A stretch of DNA of 64,000 bases from sequence record OL631257.1; one strand, given 5' to 3'. Below are positions 22,807 through 33,150 of this stretch, piece after piece (position 1 is the first letter of the stretch; each line of letters opens with the position of its first letter). The stretch comes from Escherichia phage ECCR664. The translations under genes and the position numbers were made by a program. Under the pieces are notes generated by a model. That model searched no databases, was not told the DNA's origin, and saw nothing but the letters and a program-made list of their open reading frames with translations.

Positions 22807-23907
22807 TTACGCTGTGAAGATTTTATCCCACATCGCAACAACTGCATCTCGGTTATACTTCTTCCATACTGCTTCAGCACGTTTAACTCGAGCTTCGTAT
22901 GTGTCAGTGAATTCTAATACAGCTTTTGTGTAAAGCGCAACTACTTCTTTCTTAGGAGTAGAAGAATCAATTTCTACACGCACAGTATCTGGGTCGTATT
23001 CGAATGTCGCATGCGGATAATCCTTAAAAACTAACTGGATTACAGGGACACCTTTAGAAATGGCTTCAATAGAACTATTCTCTACCGTACCCGTGTCAGG
23101 ACACGTATTGATAAGTGCTTTAGCTGTTTTAAGACGTTCCATGATTTCACTGTGTGGAGCATCAATAATAACAGGATATTTAGCTGGTGGTGCCCATTTG
23201 CTTGGACAATAACCAATACCATTTTCGCCTAGTGCTTTAATTGCTTCAAGAGCAACATCAGTGCGACGCATCTTAGTGTCATAACGTTGAGCACTAATAA
23301 TCAAATCAGTTGCCGGAAGAACTTCAGGTTTTTCATTCAAACAAATAACCGGGTAGTCATCAGGTTCAAATAATGGATTTTCACGCCAGTAGTCATAATC
23401 AATTTTGTCAGTAAGAGCTGAAGTCATATGACAATATTTACGTTCAAATTCACGGAATGCTTTAGTAGGAGCATAGCTCTTCCCACCGTTCTTGTGAATC
23501 TGGATAGTCTGATCCCAAATTTGAACAATACCACGAGACACCGGTTCAAACGGCGTAGCCATAAAATTCTTATGAACTTTAGAGAGTCCAGCATCTTTAA
23601 TTGCTTGGACGGTTAGTTTAGTCGGTTCCATAGTAACAACAAAATCGTATTCATGGATGCCGGCTAGTTCAACGATCTTACGAGCCATAGTATAACTCAT
23701 ACCTAGACTGAATTTAGTCAGATGACCAACAGGATGGTGTGTAACCTTCCAATCACCAAATGTGTCATTATCAAAACCAATATAATCAATATCAGCACCG
23801 ATGGACACAAGATATTTCAACACATTTAAATGTACTGCTTCAAGACCACCTTGTACACGTTCTGGGTTAAACGGGACTGCGCGAGATGGGATAAACATAA
23901 CTTTCAT
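22807..23907 (-). CDS. GT-B fold glycosyltransferase (candidate DNA hmC sugar transferase)
   Basis: Intact 366-aa ORF; C-terminal region GTVENSSIEAISKGVPVI fits the GT4/GT-B donor-binding motif E-x7-E ...G.PV(V/I); sits immediately after rIIA where T4 has rIIA.1/gene 60. Confidence 0.55.
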   Translation of the reverse strand: MKVMFIPSRAVPFNPERVQGGLEAVHLNVLKYLVSIGADIDYIGFDNDTFGDWKVTHHPVGHLTKFSLGMSYTMARKIVELAGIHEYDFVVTMEPTKLTVQAIKDAGLSKVHKNFMATPFEPVSRGIVQIWDQTIQIHKNGGKSYAPTKAFREFERKYCHMTSALTDKIDYDYWRENPLFEPDDYPVICLNEKPEVLPATDLIISAQRYDTKMRRTDVALEAIKALGENGIGYCPSKWAPPAKYPVIIDAPHSEIMERLKTAKALINTCPDTGTVENSSIEAISKGVPVIQLVFKDYPHATFEYDPDTVRVEIDSSTPKKEVVALYTKAVLEFTDTYEARVKRAEAVWKKYNRDAVVAMWDKIFTA

Positions 23908-23911
23908 AATT

Positions 23912-23940
23912 AAGCCTTATTAAAATTAAAATGAAGCTCC
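23912..23940 (-). terminator. Intrinsic terminator (UUCG tetraloop) after gene 39
   Basis: Minus strand AGCUCC-UUCG-GGAGCU followed by U-rich tract, just after gene 39 stop. Confidence 0.6.
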
Positions 23941-23949
23941 CGAAGGAGC

Positions 23950-25764
23950 TTAGGACATCCATTCTTTACGAAGTTCTGAATCATCACCCAACAACATTTC
24001 AAAGAGTTCTTTCCAATTTTCAGGAAGTTTAACTACGTCGTACACAGGGTTTTGAATCATTTCACGATATTCTGACTTTTCAAGGAGCCCAATCCCTTGA
24101 TGTATCGAATACTATGCTTAGGCAGTGTATCTTTAGCTTCTTCATACTCAGCTACAGTATAAAACCATTTTTGTGTTTTGCCAATTTGTGCAATAATTAC
24201 AGGCGTTTTAACAAAACGAATACGTCCTTGTTCAAACAATTCAGGCCAATTACTAAAGAAAGCAAGCAAAGCCGGATAGATACTTCCAAGACCGTCATGA
24301 TCGGCATCGGTCATAATTGCAATATTACGATAGTTCGTATTCTCTGCCTTTTCACCAAGAATAAGACCCGTGATAGCACAGATATCAAAGAGCTCTTTGT
24401 TCTTCATCATATCAGCATATGACATACCCCAGCTATTCATCACCTTACCACGTAATGGGAATCCACCATGTAGTTCACGGTCACGAACATCAATGAGATA
24501 ACCAATTGCCGAATCACCTTCTGTTAAGAACAATGTCGTATCTGCATCTTTACCACATTGGTTAGCTTTAATATGCTTATGAACCTTAGCTTTAGTTGCC
24601 TTTTTAGCTGCTTTAGTTTCTGCAGCCTTTTCTGCCGCCAATTTACGAGCTAATGCTGCTTCAACAATAGGCATAATCAAGGCTTCGTTTTTAAGAAGTG
24701 CCTGAGCAATTTTCTTAGCATCTAATTGGATATGATTACGAATATCACCATACGTTGACGTTAAACGTTCTTTAGTCTGAGAATCAAAACGCATATTGCT
24801 CATGTCTCTAATAAACATCAACATTGTGAGACATTCTTTAACACGAGCTTTAGTGACTTCAATACCCTTATATTTCTTTTTAATACCTGGCAAAAGATGT
24901 TCGCAGATATCATCCATTACGCATTCAACATGATGACCACCGTTTTTAGTATGGATGTTATTCACATAAGTTAAATGACGGAAGCCATCTGGTGATGTTG
25001 TGAATGCTATAGAGACTTTATCATTTTCTTGAATGATGTTATCTTCACCAAATTGTTTAGCAAATCGTTTAAAATTACCATCAACCTTTTACCGTTAAAT
25101 GTGAACTTGATATCAGGATAAACGACTGCCAATGTTTGAAGTCGGTCTAAAGTAATATCTAAATAAATTTGAGATAAATTATGCTCTTCAAATGAAGTGA
25201 AATCAGGAGTGAAGATTACTTTAGTGCCTTTACCTTTAGATTTCTTAGAAGACCATGATTTGTTTTCCATTCCGTTTGAACAGTTAACAGTGATTTCATT
25301 TTCACCATCTGACGTAATGCCTGTAAACAACGTAGAGAAGATATTAGTTAAACTACTCCCGACGCCGTTCATACCACCAGTCTTGCGTTCAGAGTCGTCA
25401 CCAAAGTTACCACCAGCCTTTGGAATAGTCCAGGCTGCTACAGGCCCAGGAATTTGTTCGCCTGTTTGGTCGGTAACTAAACCTTGAGGAATACCACGTC
25501 CGTTATCTTCCACAGAAACTTGATTATTTTTAATTTGCACATCAATTTTATTTGCAAACTTAAATGATGTACGAATAGCTTCATCAACCGAGTTGTCAAT
25601 AATCTCATCGATTAATTTAACCAGACCAGGAACATATTCAACTTGTTGATATTTACCAAACAAAAACGCTCATGTGCTTCTTTGGCCGAAGAACCAATAT
25701 ACATACCACTACGTTTCTTAATATGTTCTACATCCGACAATACCTTAATTTCATTTTTAATCAT
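23950..25764 (-). CDS. 39: gp39 DNA topoisomerase II large subunit (GyrB-like), unsplit form including the segment encoded by gene 60 in T4 (frameshifted)
   Basis: MIKNEIKVLSDVEHIKKRSGMYIGSS... ATPase domain (25007-25663), TOPRIM region ...IAIMTDADHDGLGSIYPALLAFFSNWPELFEQGRIRFVKTPVIIAQ (24057-24965), C-terminal ...YREMIQNPVYDVVKLPENWKELFEMLLGDDSELRKEWMS after frame repair; ~605 codons. Confidence 0.85.
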
Positions 25765-25827
25765 GTTGTCTCCTCGTTATGAAGGTATTCTATCATCCGA
25801 AATCTAAAGCAAAAGGGCCGGAGCCCT

Positions 25828-26272
25828 TATTTAAATTTAATTTTCTGAAGTGTATCAATTGCAGCTAAACGCCCTTGTTCACTTTTAACCGTAATGACCA
25901 CATCGCCTGATACGATCACCGAACCATCAACAAATTCTATAGAGCCTTTTTGAAATCGACAGCTGTATCTGGTTCCGGAACTTCTTCAAAGAATTTAAAT
26001 TCTGCACCATAAATCAGAATATCACCTTGCATACTATGAATAGTTCGGCCATAATCGCCTACGGCTTCTACAGCAATCACTGAAACACCATAACCAATCA
26101 TCTCTTCCACAATAAAATCTTTAGACAATAAAGTAGTATGCAGATTAGTATTAAGACGTTTACCAGTCGTATTAAGAATTCTCAAGAAATTATCTTCCTG
26201 TCCTTTGATAATACGATATTTCTTACCAACTTCAAAACCTTTAAAACCTTTAAAAGACGTATTAAAAGCCAT
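25828..26272 (-). CDS. Hypothetical early protein (~148 aa, one frameshift)
   Basis: ORF 25937-26272 continues in another frame to a stop near 25828; hairpin aagggc-cgga-gccctt immediately downstream. Confidence 0.35.
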
Positions 26273-26453
26273 AATTAACCCTTCTTAAGTAAGTCGTAAA
26301 ACCACCGTTCACATGTTTAGGAGCAGAAACCCGACGAGTAGACAGACGATGACATTCAGGGCAAACATCGTTTTCTCGTTCAGAAATCCTTTTAATTTTT
26401 TCATATTCATGACCACAATCTTCAGATTGACATTTATAGTCGTATAACGGCAT
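26262..26453 (-). CDS. FmdB-like zinc-ribbon protein (63 aa)
   Basis: [42 protein letters not shown]: two CxxC pairs with the conserved N-terminal YxYxC pattern. Confidence 0.55.
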   Translation of the reverse strand: MPLYDYKCQSEDCGHEYEKIKRISERENDVCPECHRLSTRRVSAPKHVNGGFTTYLRRVNYGF

Positions 26454-26866
26454 TATTGTTCCTTAAAGTGAGCTTTCAACATTTGATACAAAGACCATGC
26501 CTGGTCGTTATTTTTGATAGTAATCGTCATCGCAGGAAATTCAGACAATTCGCCAAGTTCATCAGAATCTTGCTCTTCGGACGCTTGATACGGATTTCCA
26601 ACTTCGTCAAAGAACTCTGCTTCATTCGTGGAGAGCCAGATAAAGTTTTCATCAAGAATATCACCGCCTGTTGCGTATCCAACCATGCCAGTAGATGTCA
26701 CAATTTTAGTAGGACGTCCAAGATGGTCAACATCTAATACTTTAAATGGTTCCATGCCAAGACGTCGTGCATAAATCCCATTATCAGTGTGGTCTTTAAT
26801 AAACTCTTCTTGGGCACGTTTATCTTTAAATTGGTACCATGAGTTAACGCGGAATTTATTAGCCAT
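26453..26866 (-). CDS. Hypothetical early protein (~137 aa)
   Basis: ORF 26453-26884, start taken at [12 protein letters not shown]; acidic central region. Confidence 0.4.
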   Translation of the reverse strand: MANKFRVNSWYQFKDKRAQEEFIKDHTDNGIYARRLGMEPFKVLDVDHLGRPTKIVTSTGMVGYATGGDILDENFIWLSTNEAEFFDEVGNPYQASEEQDSDELGELSEFPAMTITIKNNDQAWSLYQMLKAHFKEQ

Positions 26867-27091
26867 TAGTAAGTTTCCTTCCAATAAGTTGTACCGTTTT
26901 CAGTGATTTCACGGAAGATACCATAGATAGGCATTTCATCGCCGAGTTTTTCGTAAACGTAAACCACTTCGGTGTAGCATAAAAATTCGGTCCAGTTTTT
27001 CTGTACAACAACTAAATCAGGATTAAACAGAACATCTTCAAATTCATCGATATTTGAATCAGTAGTTACGTTTTTAATGATTTGACGTTTC
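26866..27091 (-). CDS. Hypothetical early protein (~75 aa)
   Basis: Start at [12 protein letters not shown] preceded by RBS GAGGAGAA and promoter-like element at 27103-27140. Confidence 0.4.
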
Positions 27092-27150
27092 ATAATATTC
27101 TCCTCTTGTTTTGATAGGTCTATAGTATCATAGACCATAGTTGTTGTACA

Positions 27151-27675
27151 TCATTTTAGCAAAATAAAATCAACTTGTTCTGCCAATGAACGTCTAAACA
27201 TTAATTGACAACTTCCGAGGATGAAATCAGGTGCTTCATAAACAGCGATGTAGTATCCTTTAGCTTTCAAGAGTTCAACATCCACCTGGTCATCAAACCA
27301 TGCATAAACCGCGTCAACACTTTCAAATCCAAAATAGAACCCTTGAGCCCAATCTTCGTTCAATTCAAATGTGTGCTCAATTCTATAGTATCTTAAGATA
27401 TTTTGTTCAAGGAGTTTATCTTCATTTACTGTAGGACGATTAGGGACATTATAGTTGTCGCCGTGATGGTAGAAGTTACCTGAGAGTATTCCATGCTTAT
27501 CAAGGAACTCCCATGTTTCTTCAGAGTTGTCGGTGCCCGACCAACCGTACGGCGAACGAGGTTCTTTATTCCAGGAGGTTTCCCAAATTCTGACGGCTTT
27601 ACCGTCTTCGATAGCAACTCCTGGTAAAGATTCACGTTGAGTGCAAAAACTACGTTCTACGCGGTAAACTAACAT
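27151..27675 (-). CDS. Hypothetical early protein (174 aa)
   Basis: Intact ORF preceded by early promoter 27688-27733 (GTTTAC ... TACTAT). Confidence 0.4.
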   Translation of the reverse strand: MLVYRVERSFCTQRESLPGVAIEDGKAVRIWETSWNKEPRSPYGWSGTDNSEETWEFLDKHGILSGNFYHHGDNYNVPNRPTVNEDKLLEQNILRYYRIEHTFELNEDWAQGFYFGFESVDAVYAWFDDQVDVELLKAKGYYIAVYEAPDFILGSCQLMFRRSLAEQVDFILLK

Positions 27676-27676
27676 A

Positions 27677-28153
27677 TTATTCTCCTCTAGTCGATAGATT
27701 TATAGTATCAAAACTAGAGGAGAAGTAAACAACTTTATGCAAAAGATGCTGGACAATATTTTTGATTTGGAACTCAGGAACTACCATGAACTGTCCAGCG
27801 AAAACGATGTTATAAAGCTTAACACCATCTTCTACCCATTGGTCGCTAATAAATCCGGCGATTTGCTTAGTTTTCCATGGCGTTCCATCAGTTGCAGAAG
27901 CAATAGTAAATTCATGGTCTTTTACAACTAAAACAGACCTGCACAGTTTCCATTTGAACGCTTTTTCTTCTGGTTCAATGAATTGGCTTTTAACGTAACC
28001 AATGTTGCCATCGGCGTCACGAACTTTAACTTCGTTACGTCCAAAAACCGGATCACTTACATAAAGAACTTCAACCAACTTCCCAGCAACTTTAGAGCGA
28101 GAAGCATCTGATACGTGTACATAATCACCAATAGAGAGATTTGCAATATTCAT
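27677..28153 (-). CDS. Paralog family member A (158 aa), unknown function
   Basis: Shares C-terminal motif GFISDQWVEDGVKLYNIVFAGQFMVV with the next two ORFs. Confidence 0.5.
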   Translation of the reverse strand: MNIANLSIGDYVHVSDASRSKVAGKLVEVLYVSDPVFGRNEVKVRDADGNIGYVKSQFIEPEEKAFKWKLCRSVLVVKDHEFTIASATDGTPWKTKQIAGFISDQWVEDGVKLYNIVFAGQFMVVPEFQIKNIVQHLLHKVVYFSSSFDTINLSTRGE

Positions 28154-28162
28154 AATAATTCC

Positions 28163-28660
28163 TTAAGCTTTAAGAGGAGATACATAGCGAGTGATTTCAG
28201 ATTCTTTAACAACTCGGAAGTCACCTAAGAATACGATATTGTATAACTTTTCACCATCTTCAACCCATTGGTCACTAATGAAGCCGCACATAGTATCAGT
28301 TTTGCTTGGATAACCGTATTCGTCGATGTAATCAAATTCTTTATCGGTTATAAATTCAACGCCTTTGCAAAGGGTCCATTTGAACTGTGTAGTAGGCTCA
28401 ACGATATCGTTTGAAGCAAAGTGTGCAGGTGCAACTTCTTCGCTTGAAGCAAATTGGACTCGTATATGTTTTTCCAGGAATTTAGGACTTACGTAAGCAT
28501 ACTGGGCATCTTGTCCGCCAAAACTCGGAATGATTCGAACTTTAACTTCTTTAACACGTCCCATGCCGTTAGTACGAAGCCCTGCTACTTCAACCAGACG
28601 ACCTGCAGCTTTAGAACGAGAAGCAGGAGATACACGAAGGATTTCACCAATAGTAATCAT
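28163..28660 (-). CDS. Paralog family member B (~165 aa), unknown function
   Basis: Motif CGFISDQWVEDGEKLYNIVFLGDFRVV; start set at MITIGEILRV downstream of promoter 28688-28722. Confidence 0.5.
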   Translation of the reverse strand: MITIGEILRVSPASRSKAAGRLVEVAGLRTNGMGRVKEVKVRIIPSFGGQDAQYAYVSPKFLEKHIRVQFASSEEVAPAHFASNDIVEPTTQFKWTLCKGVEFITDKEFDYIDEYGYPSKTDTMCGFISDQWVEDGEKLYNIVFLGDFRVVKESEITRYVSPLKA

Positions 28661-28687
28661 AATTTCTCTCTCTTTGTTTAAATTGAA

Positions 28688-28722
28688 TTCACTATACTCC
28701 ATCCATCCTTGGATGTACAACA
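28688..28722 (-). promoter_or_regulatory. Early promoter with palindromic spacer (CATCCAAGGATGGATGG)
   Basis: Minus strand TTGTAC-spacer-TATAGT; spacer contains a ccaagg-centred palindrome. Confidence 0.5.
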
Positions 28723-29217
28723 TTAATTAAGGATATTAACCACAGCACTACGTGGAACTACACTAAAATCACCTGCATGAACAACGTTCAGAAGTTCAAC
28801 GCCGTCTTCAATCCATTGGTCAGTTACCCATCCACTCACTGGTCCTGCGAACGGACGTCGAATTGAAACAGCTTTACACAACAAATCAGTAGGCTCAATA
28901 GGCTTAATCAGAGTACCGTACATACAAGCGATATCCATATCAAAGTGGAGACCATCTTTAACAGGTGCTTCTTCAATCAACAGTTCAAAGTCTGTGCTTG
29001 GAAGGGCGGTAGTAGAAATTGTACCGTATGAATTTTTAATTTCTAAGAATAACCAAGGGCCTTCAGCTTGTTTGATGAAGTTAACAATAGTGAAACTATT
29101 ACCTTGAGTGGCGCCTAAAATTTCACAAAACTTTTCATAAGCTCGCACTGAAGCACCATACCAGTTGATTTGTTTTTCATCTTTCAGGATGTAAGTAGCC
29201 GTAGTATTGATATTCAT
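28723..29217 (-). CDS. Paralog family member C (164 aa), unknown function
   Basis: Motif SGWVTDQWIEDGVELLNVVHAGDFSVV aligned with members A and B. Confidence 0.5.
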   Translation of the reverse strand: MNINTTATYILKDEKQINWYGASVRAYEKFCEILGATQGNSFTIVNFIKQAEGPWLFLEIKNSYGTISTTALPSTDFELLIEEAPVKDGLHFDMDIACMYGTLIKPIEPTDLLCKAVSIRRPFAGPVSGWVTDQWIEDGVELLNVVHAGDFSVVPRSAVVNILN

Positions 29218-29245
29218 AATGTTTTTCCTGTTTAGTTAAGATAAA

Positions 29246-29278
29246 AGATTATACTACAACCATCCTTGGTTGTAAACT
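29246..29278 (-). promoter_or_regulatory. Early promoter with palindromic spacer (ACAACCAAGGATGGTTGT)
   Basis: Minus strand GTTTAC-ACAACCAAGGATGGTTGT-AG-TATAAT. Confidence 0.55.
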
Positions 29279-29282
29279 GGTT

Positions 29283-29959
29283 TTATCGCTGTTTTACACT
29301 TAACGGGTCAGGATTCTCAGGGACATCTTCAAGGCCAAGCGCATAACGCTGAGCATATTTTAACATCAAAATATCTTTAGCACAATCGTGAATACTATCA
29401 TGGGCAACGAATCCTTTTAGTGTACCCATAGGTAATGGACACATACTTAATCCTCGTGTCAACGAGTAAGCTTCGATTGCCGTACGAATATCGCGTTGAG
29501 CCCAGAATTTAACCGGTTCTAATTTATCAGTATCAATCTCTGGTTCAAGAACACCTTCATCACGATAGAGGTCACGAATCAAATCGACCAATATTGGGAA
29601 GTCAAAGCTCATACCACGGCACCACATCTGTGATTTCCATTGGTCAACTTTATTAGCTCGGCAATAATCTAAAAGATTTTAATGCCTTCAAGCGTAGTGA
29701 CATCGTCTTCAGACGGAGCCAGGTTTTTACGCGCTTCAGCCGATTGTTCTTTCCACCATTTCATAGTGGATTTAGCGAAAACTCGCTTCCCTTTCTGAGA
29801 AGCTAAATTAAATTTAATTCGCTTACCTCGTTGAACAAGTTCTTCAAATGATTCAACAACTTCAGGGTCGGAATTATATGCAATAACCGCAAGGTCAATA
29901 ACAGCCGCTTTTGATGTATTGCCGAATGTTTCAAAATCTATAATAACATCAGTGCTCAT
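29283..29959 (-). CDS. dexA: DexA exonuclease A (one frameshift near 29640)
   Basis: N-terminal ...IIDFETFGNTSKAAVIDLAVIAYNSDPEVVESFEELV and C-terminal WCRGMSFDFPILVDLIRD...GFVAHDSIHDCAKDILMLKYA, T4 DexA-like. Confidence 0.8.
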
Positions 29960-29968
29960 AATTTTCTC

Positions 29969-31281
29969 TCAAATAAAATGGACGTCAAACCGACCACGAG
30001 TTGTGCCAACATATAGTAATTGTTTGGCTAATTCTGAATCGGCATAATGGATACACGGTGTATAAACAAAGGCCGTGTCAACAGACATACCCTGAGCCTT
30101 ATGGAAGGTTGATACCGGTAGTGCCTTCACCTTAGTGAACATACGTTTAGCATCCCAGAATTCACTCCATGGAGCTTTACCACCTTTATTCCAGAATTTG
30201 TATGTTTCTGCAGTCTTAGCCAAAAACAAATTGAATTTATAAAGCTCTTCTTCAGAAGAAATAACCTTTATATCTTCGCGGACGTATTCTTCATCATCGC
30301 CATATGTTTCTACTGTAAGATTCCAGTATCGTATCATATATTCGCCTGAAACACCACGTGCTTTAACAAATGTAGACGTTTCTACGGCATCTCGAATACG
30401 AACGAATTGCCCGTTATTGAAAAGCATTTCAGTCATATTTTTGCCATCTAGCTTGTATGTCTTAGTAAACGGCTCTTGTAGAACAATGACTTCATCTTTA
30501 ATAAACGGCTTTTCTGTTTCGAGAAGTTTTCGGCGAATAATTGAATTCAACTTGTCCACAGACTTATTTGTGAATGCCATCATTCGATTTTCGAAAAGGT
30601 CTTCAGGAGTTTTAACGACATTAAAATAGTTCATCATATACGATTTAAGGTCTGTATATCCATGAACACCATGCCCGTCAACTACTTTATCATAAATCCA
30701 TTTGCCATTACGAATATCGGTCGCAACATCAATAATTGGTGCATTGCTACGTTTAACTTCTGTAAGGTTGCATTGCACGAAGTCTTTGTGAGTGAAGAAA
30801 GGACTTAGATACGCAGTTGATTCGCCTGGGTCGACCGGACGAATCTGGCATCTGTCGCCGATTCCAATTACTGTGCACCATTTAGGGATACTAGCTAACA
30901 TTATTTTAAACAGAGAACGGTCGCACATTGATGCTTCATCAAATAACAGTACACGACACAAGGCTAAGTCGGGAACCTTTTTCTGTTCAAACAATACGTT
31001 TTCTTCGTATGTAGTTGGGTTGATTTTAAGAATGCTATGAATAGTCGATGCTTCTTGACCTGCAAGTTTGCTTAGAACCTTTTAGCAGCATGTGTAGGGG
31101 CTGCTAAAATAATACCTGATTCTCCAGAAGAAATAAGGGCTTCAACGATGAATCTAGTAAGGGTTGTTTTACCTGTACCGGCAGGCCCATTAATAGTTAC
31201 GTGATGTTTCTTTTCTTTAATAGCTTTCATAACAACGTTGAAGGCGTTTTTCTGGCCTTCGGTCAAATCATCAAATGTCAT
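29969..31281 (-). CDS. dda: Dda DNA helicase (SF1; one frameshift near 31030)
   Basis: Walker A TINGPAGTGKTTLT in fragment 31072-31281; 341-aa C-terminal fragment with ...LLFDEASMCD... and ...VSTFHKAQGMSVDTAFVY...LYVGTTRGR. Confidence 0.85.
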
Positions 31282-31590
31282 CGTAAAGTCCCTGCAATTG
31301 GAATACTAACAATACGGCCTGTGTCCAGGATTCGTTGATATAATCTTTGCGTCTCCGCATCTAGTTTAACGTGTTTCATTTCAAGCTTATTAAACCAGAA
31401 CTTACGCGGAGTTTCGACCATTCTTAGAACTCCCATTTTTAAATCTGTTTTATACTGTGTTTTCAAAGTATCGAAAACTTTATCTGCAATATCCTTTCTA
31501 AAAATACTGCAGGACGATGTTCATCAAGTGGAACTGGAACAGTAAATCCTTCCATATCTCGATAAACTATTGCATATACATAAACCATAA
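31278..31590 (-). CDS. Hypothetical protein (dda.1 position; one frameshift)
   Basis: MVYVYAIVYRDMEGFTVPVPLDEHRPAVF... continues after a frame break into ORF 31278-31466. Confidence 0.4.
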
Positions 31591-32335
31591 TTAACCTTTA
31601 ATCAGTTGGAATAATGATGCGCTAAGTGGTAAGCCACGTTTCAATTTTAATTTACCAATGAAACCAATCTTTTCAAAACGTTGCAGACCTTGAATAACTT
31701 TATCATATGTATCGAAAAGCGATTCAGCGTCAGTTAATTTAGTTTTAGTTTTCCAGTCAGAGCCTTTAAGAAGAACGTTGAGTTTAGTAAGTTCATGTCC
31801 TTCCGCTTGATGTGAACCATTAATGCGTGCTTTCAAAGCAACAATTCTAAGTTTAGATTCGTTGGATAAAGGTTGATTTTTCATCATGTTCGCCATATGC
31901 TTAACACGATTTTCACGTTTTGCTCGGATTTTTAAAATAGTACCATAAACCTTTTGATTTGGGCCCATTTCTTCTCATCAAGATTAAGTTTCTCTACTTT
32001 ACGGGCAGAAGGATTAGCGATACGCCTTGCAATGGCATCACGTTTCTCAATAAGTTCTTCTAATGTTAAATCAGAACGAGCAGTGTTATATTTTTCTTAA
32101 CTGGGATAACATTACCTTTAATGTAGCCGATATCGTTATTAAAACGTTCTAAGGATAATTTCTCACCTTCAACAGCGTTATTGAAAGATTCACCTGAGTA
32201 AGCGCAGACCTTTTGATCAAGAATGTTTTTAAGGTAATTAAAGTCTAAGTTAAAATCCTTAGAGCGTCTCTTCGCAGAAGCTCTGGTGTGGTCAAGACGA
32301 CGATTGATTTTGTTAATTTTATTATTTGATAACAT
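31591..32335 (-). CDS. Hypothetical protein (~248 aa with two frame breaks); positional equivalent of T4 srd
   Basis: ORFs 32066-32335 and 31591-31968 are linked by a frame-shifted segment; assignment is positional only. Confidence 0.3.
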
Positions 32336-32562
32336 AATATTTTCCTCTGTCTTACGGACGTTAGGTCATTTAGCTGATAAGCTTATAATATCATGCCCTC
32401 AGATAGTGTACACTCTTTTTCATAAAATGCTTTAATTTTTATGTGTTATAATGGTTCTGAGTTCCATCCGGTTATTCCAATCCAGTCAGTAACCGACAAT
32501 AGACAGATTCCAGATTGTATAACGTCCATCTTGAATAATAGAATCTACACGCAGTGTAGTCC

Positions 32563-33093
32563 CTATAGGGAGCATAAATTCACATTCGTCAGATATAAGT
32601 CTAGCATTAGACCGTCTTGTCGCTTCAGGAAAGCTCCATTGAACTCACAAGATGGCGCAGCCAGAATCATATTAAGCATATGTTCACGGAAGTTGAAAGC
32701 GAATGGTGCATCTTTGACGCAGAACATATTAAATGTTCCGTAAAAATTATACGAAGCAAAGTTACGTGCTACACCGAACACTGGGCTGAAGCTCATTACT
32801 CTATCAAATTTAATAATACTACCAACATCTTTATCATCGAGTGTGGCCATAGTTTTCTTAGAGATTCCACGATACATTGTCTCAGGAACAGAAGACGTCC
32901 AATTTCTACGAACGATTGAACTTAACTCCTGTTGAATACAGTCTGGCTTGTTTTCCATACACTGCCACAGTACACTTTGTTCAATGTCGCTGAATTGACT
33001 ATCAATTTCGTACTGCAATACATCTTGATATTCGGGGTTTTGAGCACGGCGAACCATTTCCTCAATTTCACATTCATTATACGGCATAAACAT
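32563..33093 (-). CDS. modA: Putative ADP-ribosyltransferase ModA-like
   Basis: 176-aa ORF with YRG and SxS-type segments paralogous to the next ORF; T4 order srd-modA-modB. Confidence 0.45.
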   Translation of the reverse strand: MFMPYNECEIEEMVRRAQNPEYQDVLQYEIDSQFSDIEQSVLWQCMENKPDCIQQELSSIVRRNWTSSVPETMYRGISKKTMATLDDKDVGSIIKFDRVMSFSPVFGVARNFASYNFYGTFNMFCVKDAPFAFNFREHMLNMILAAPSCEFNGAFLKRQDGLMLDLYLTNVNLCSL

Positions 33094-33150
33094 TTAGGTT
33101 TCTCCTGTGGTTGATAAAGGTATAGTATCATCGTCGGTAGAGTTTGTACA

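Noticed and set aside
23950-24100. Programmed translational bypass or frameshift in the gene 39/60 region
   Set aside because: The gene-60-equivalent sequence is colinear with no take-off/landing pair; the single frame break is a 1-nt indel like the many others in the window
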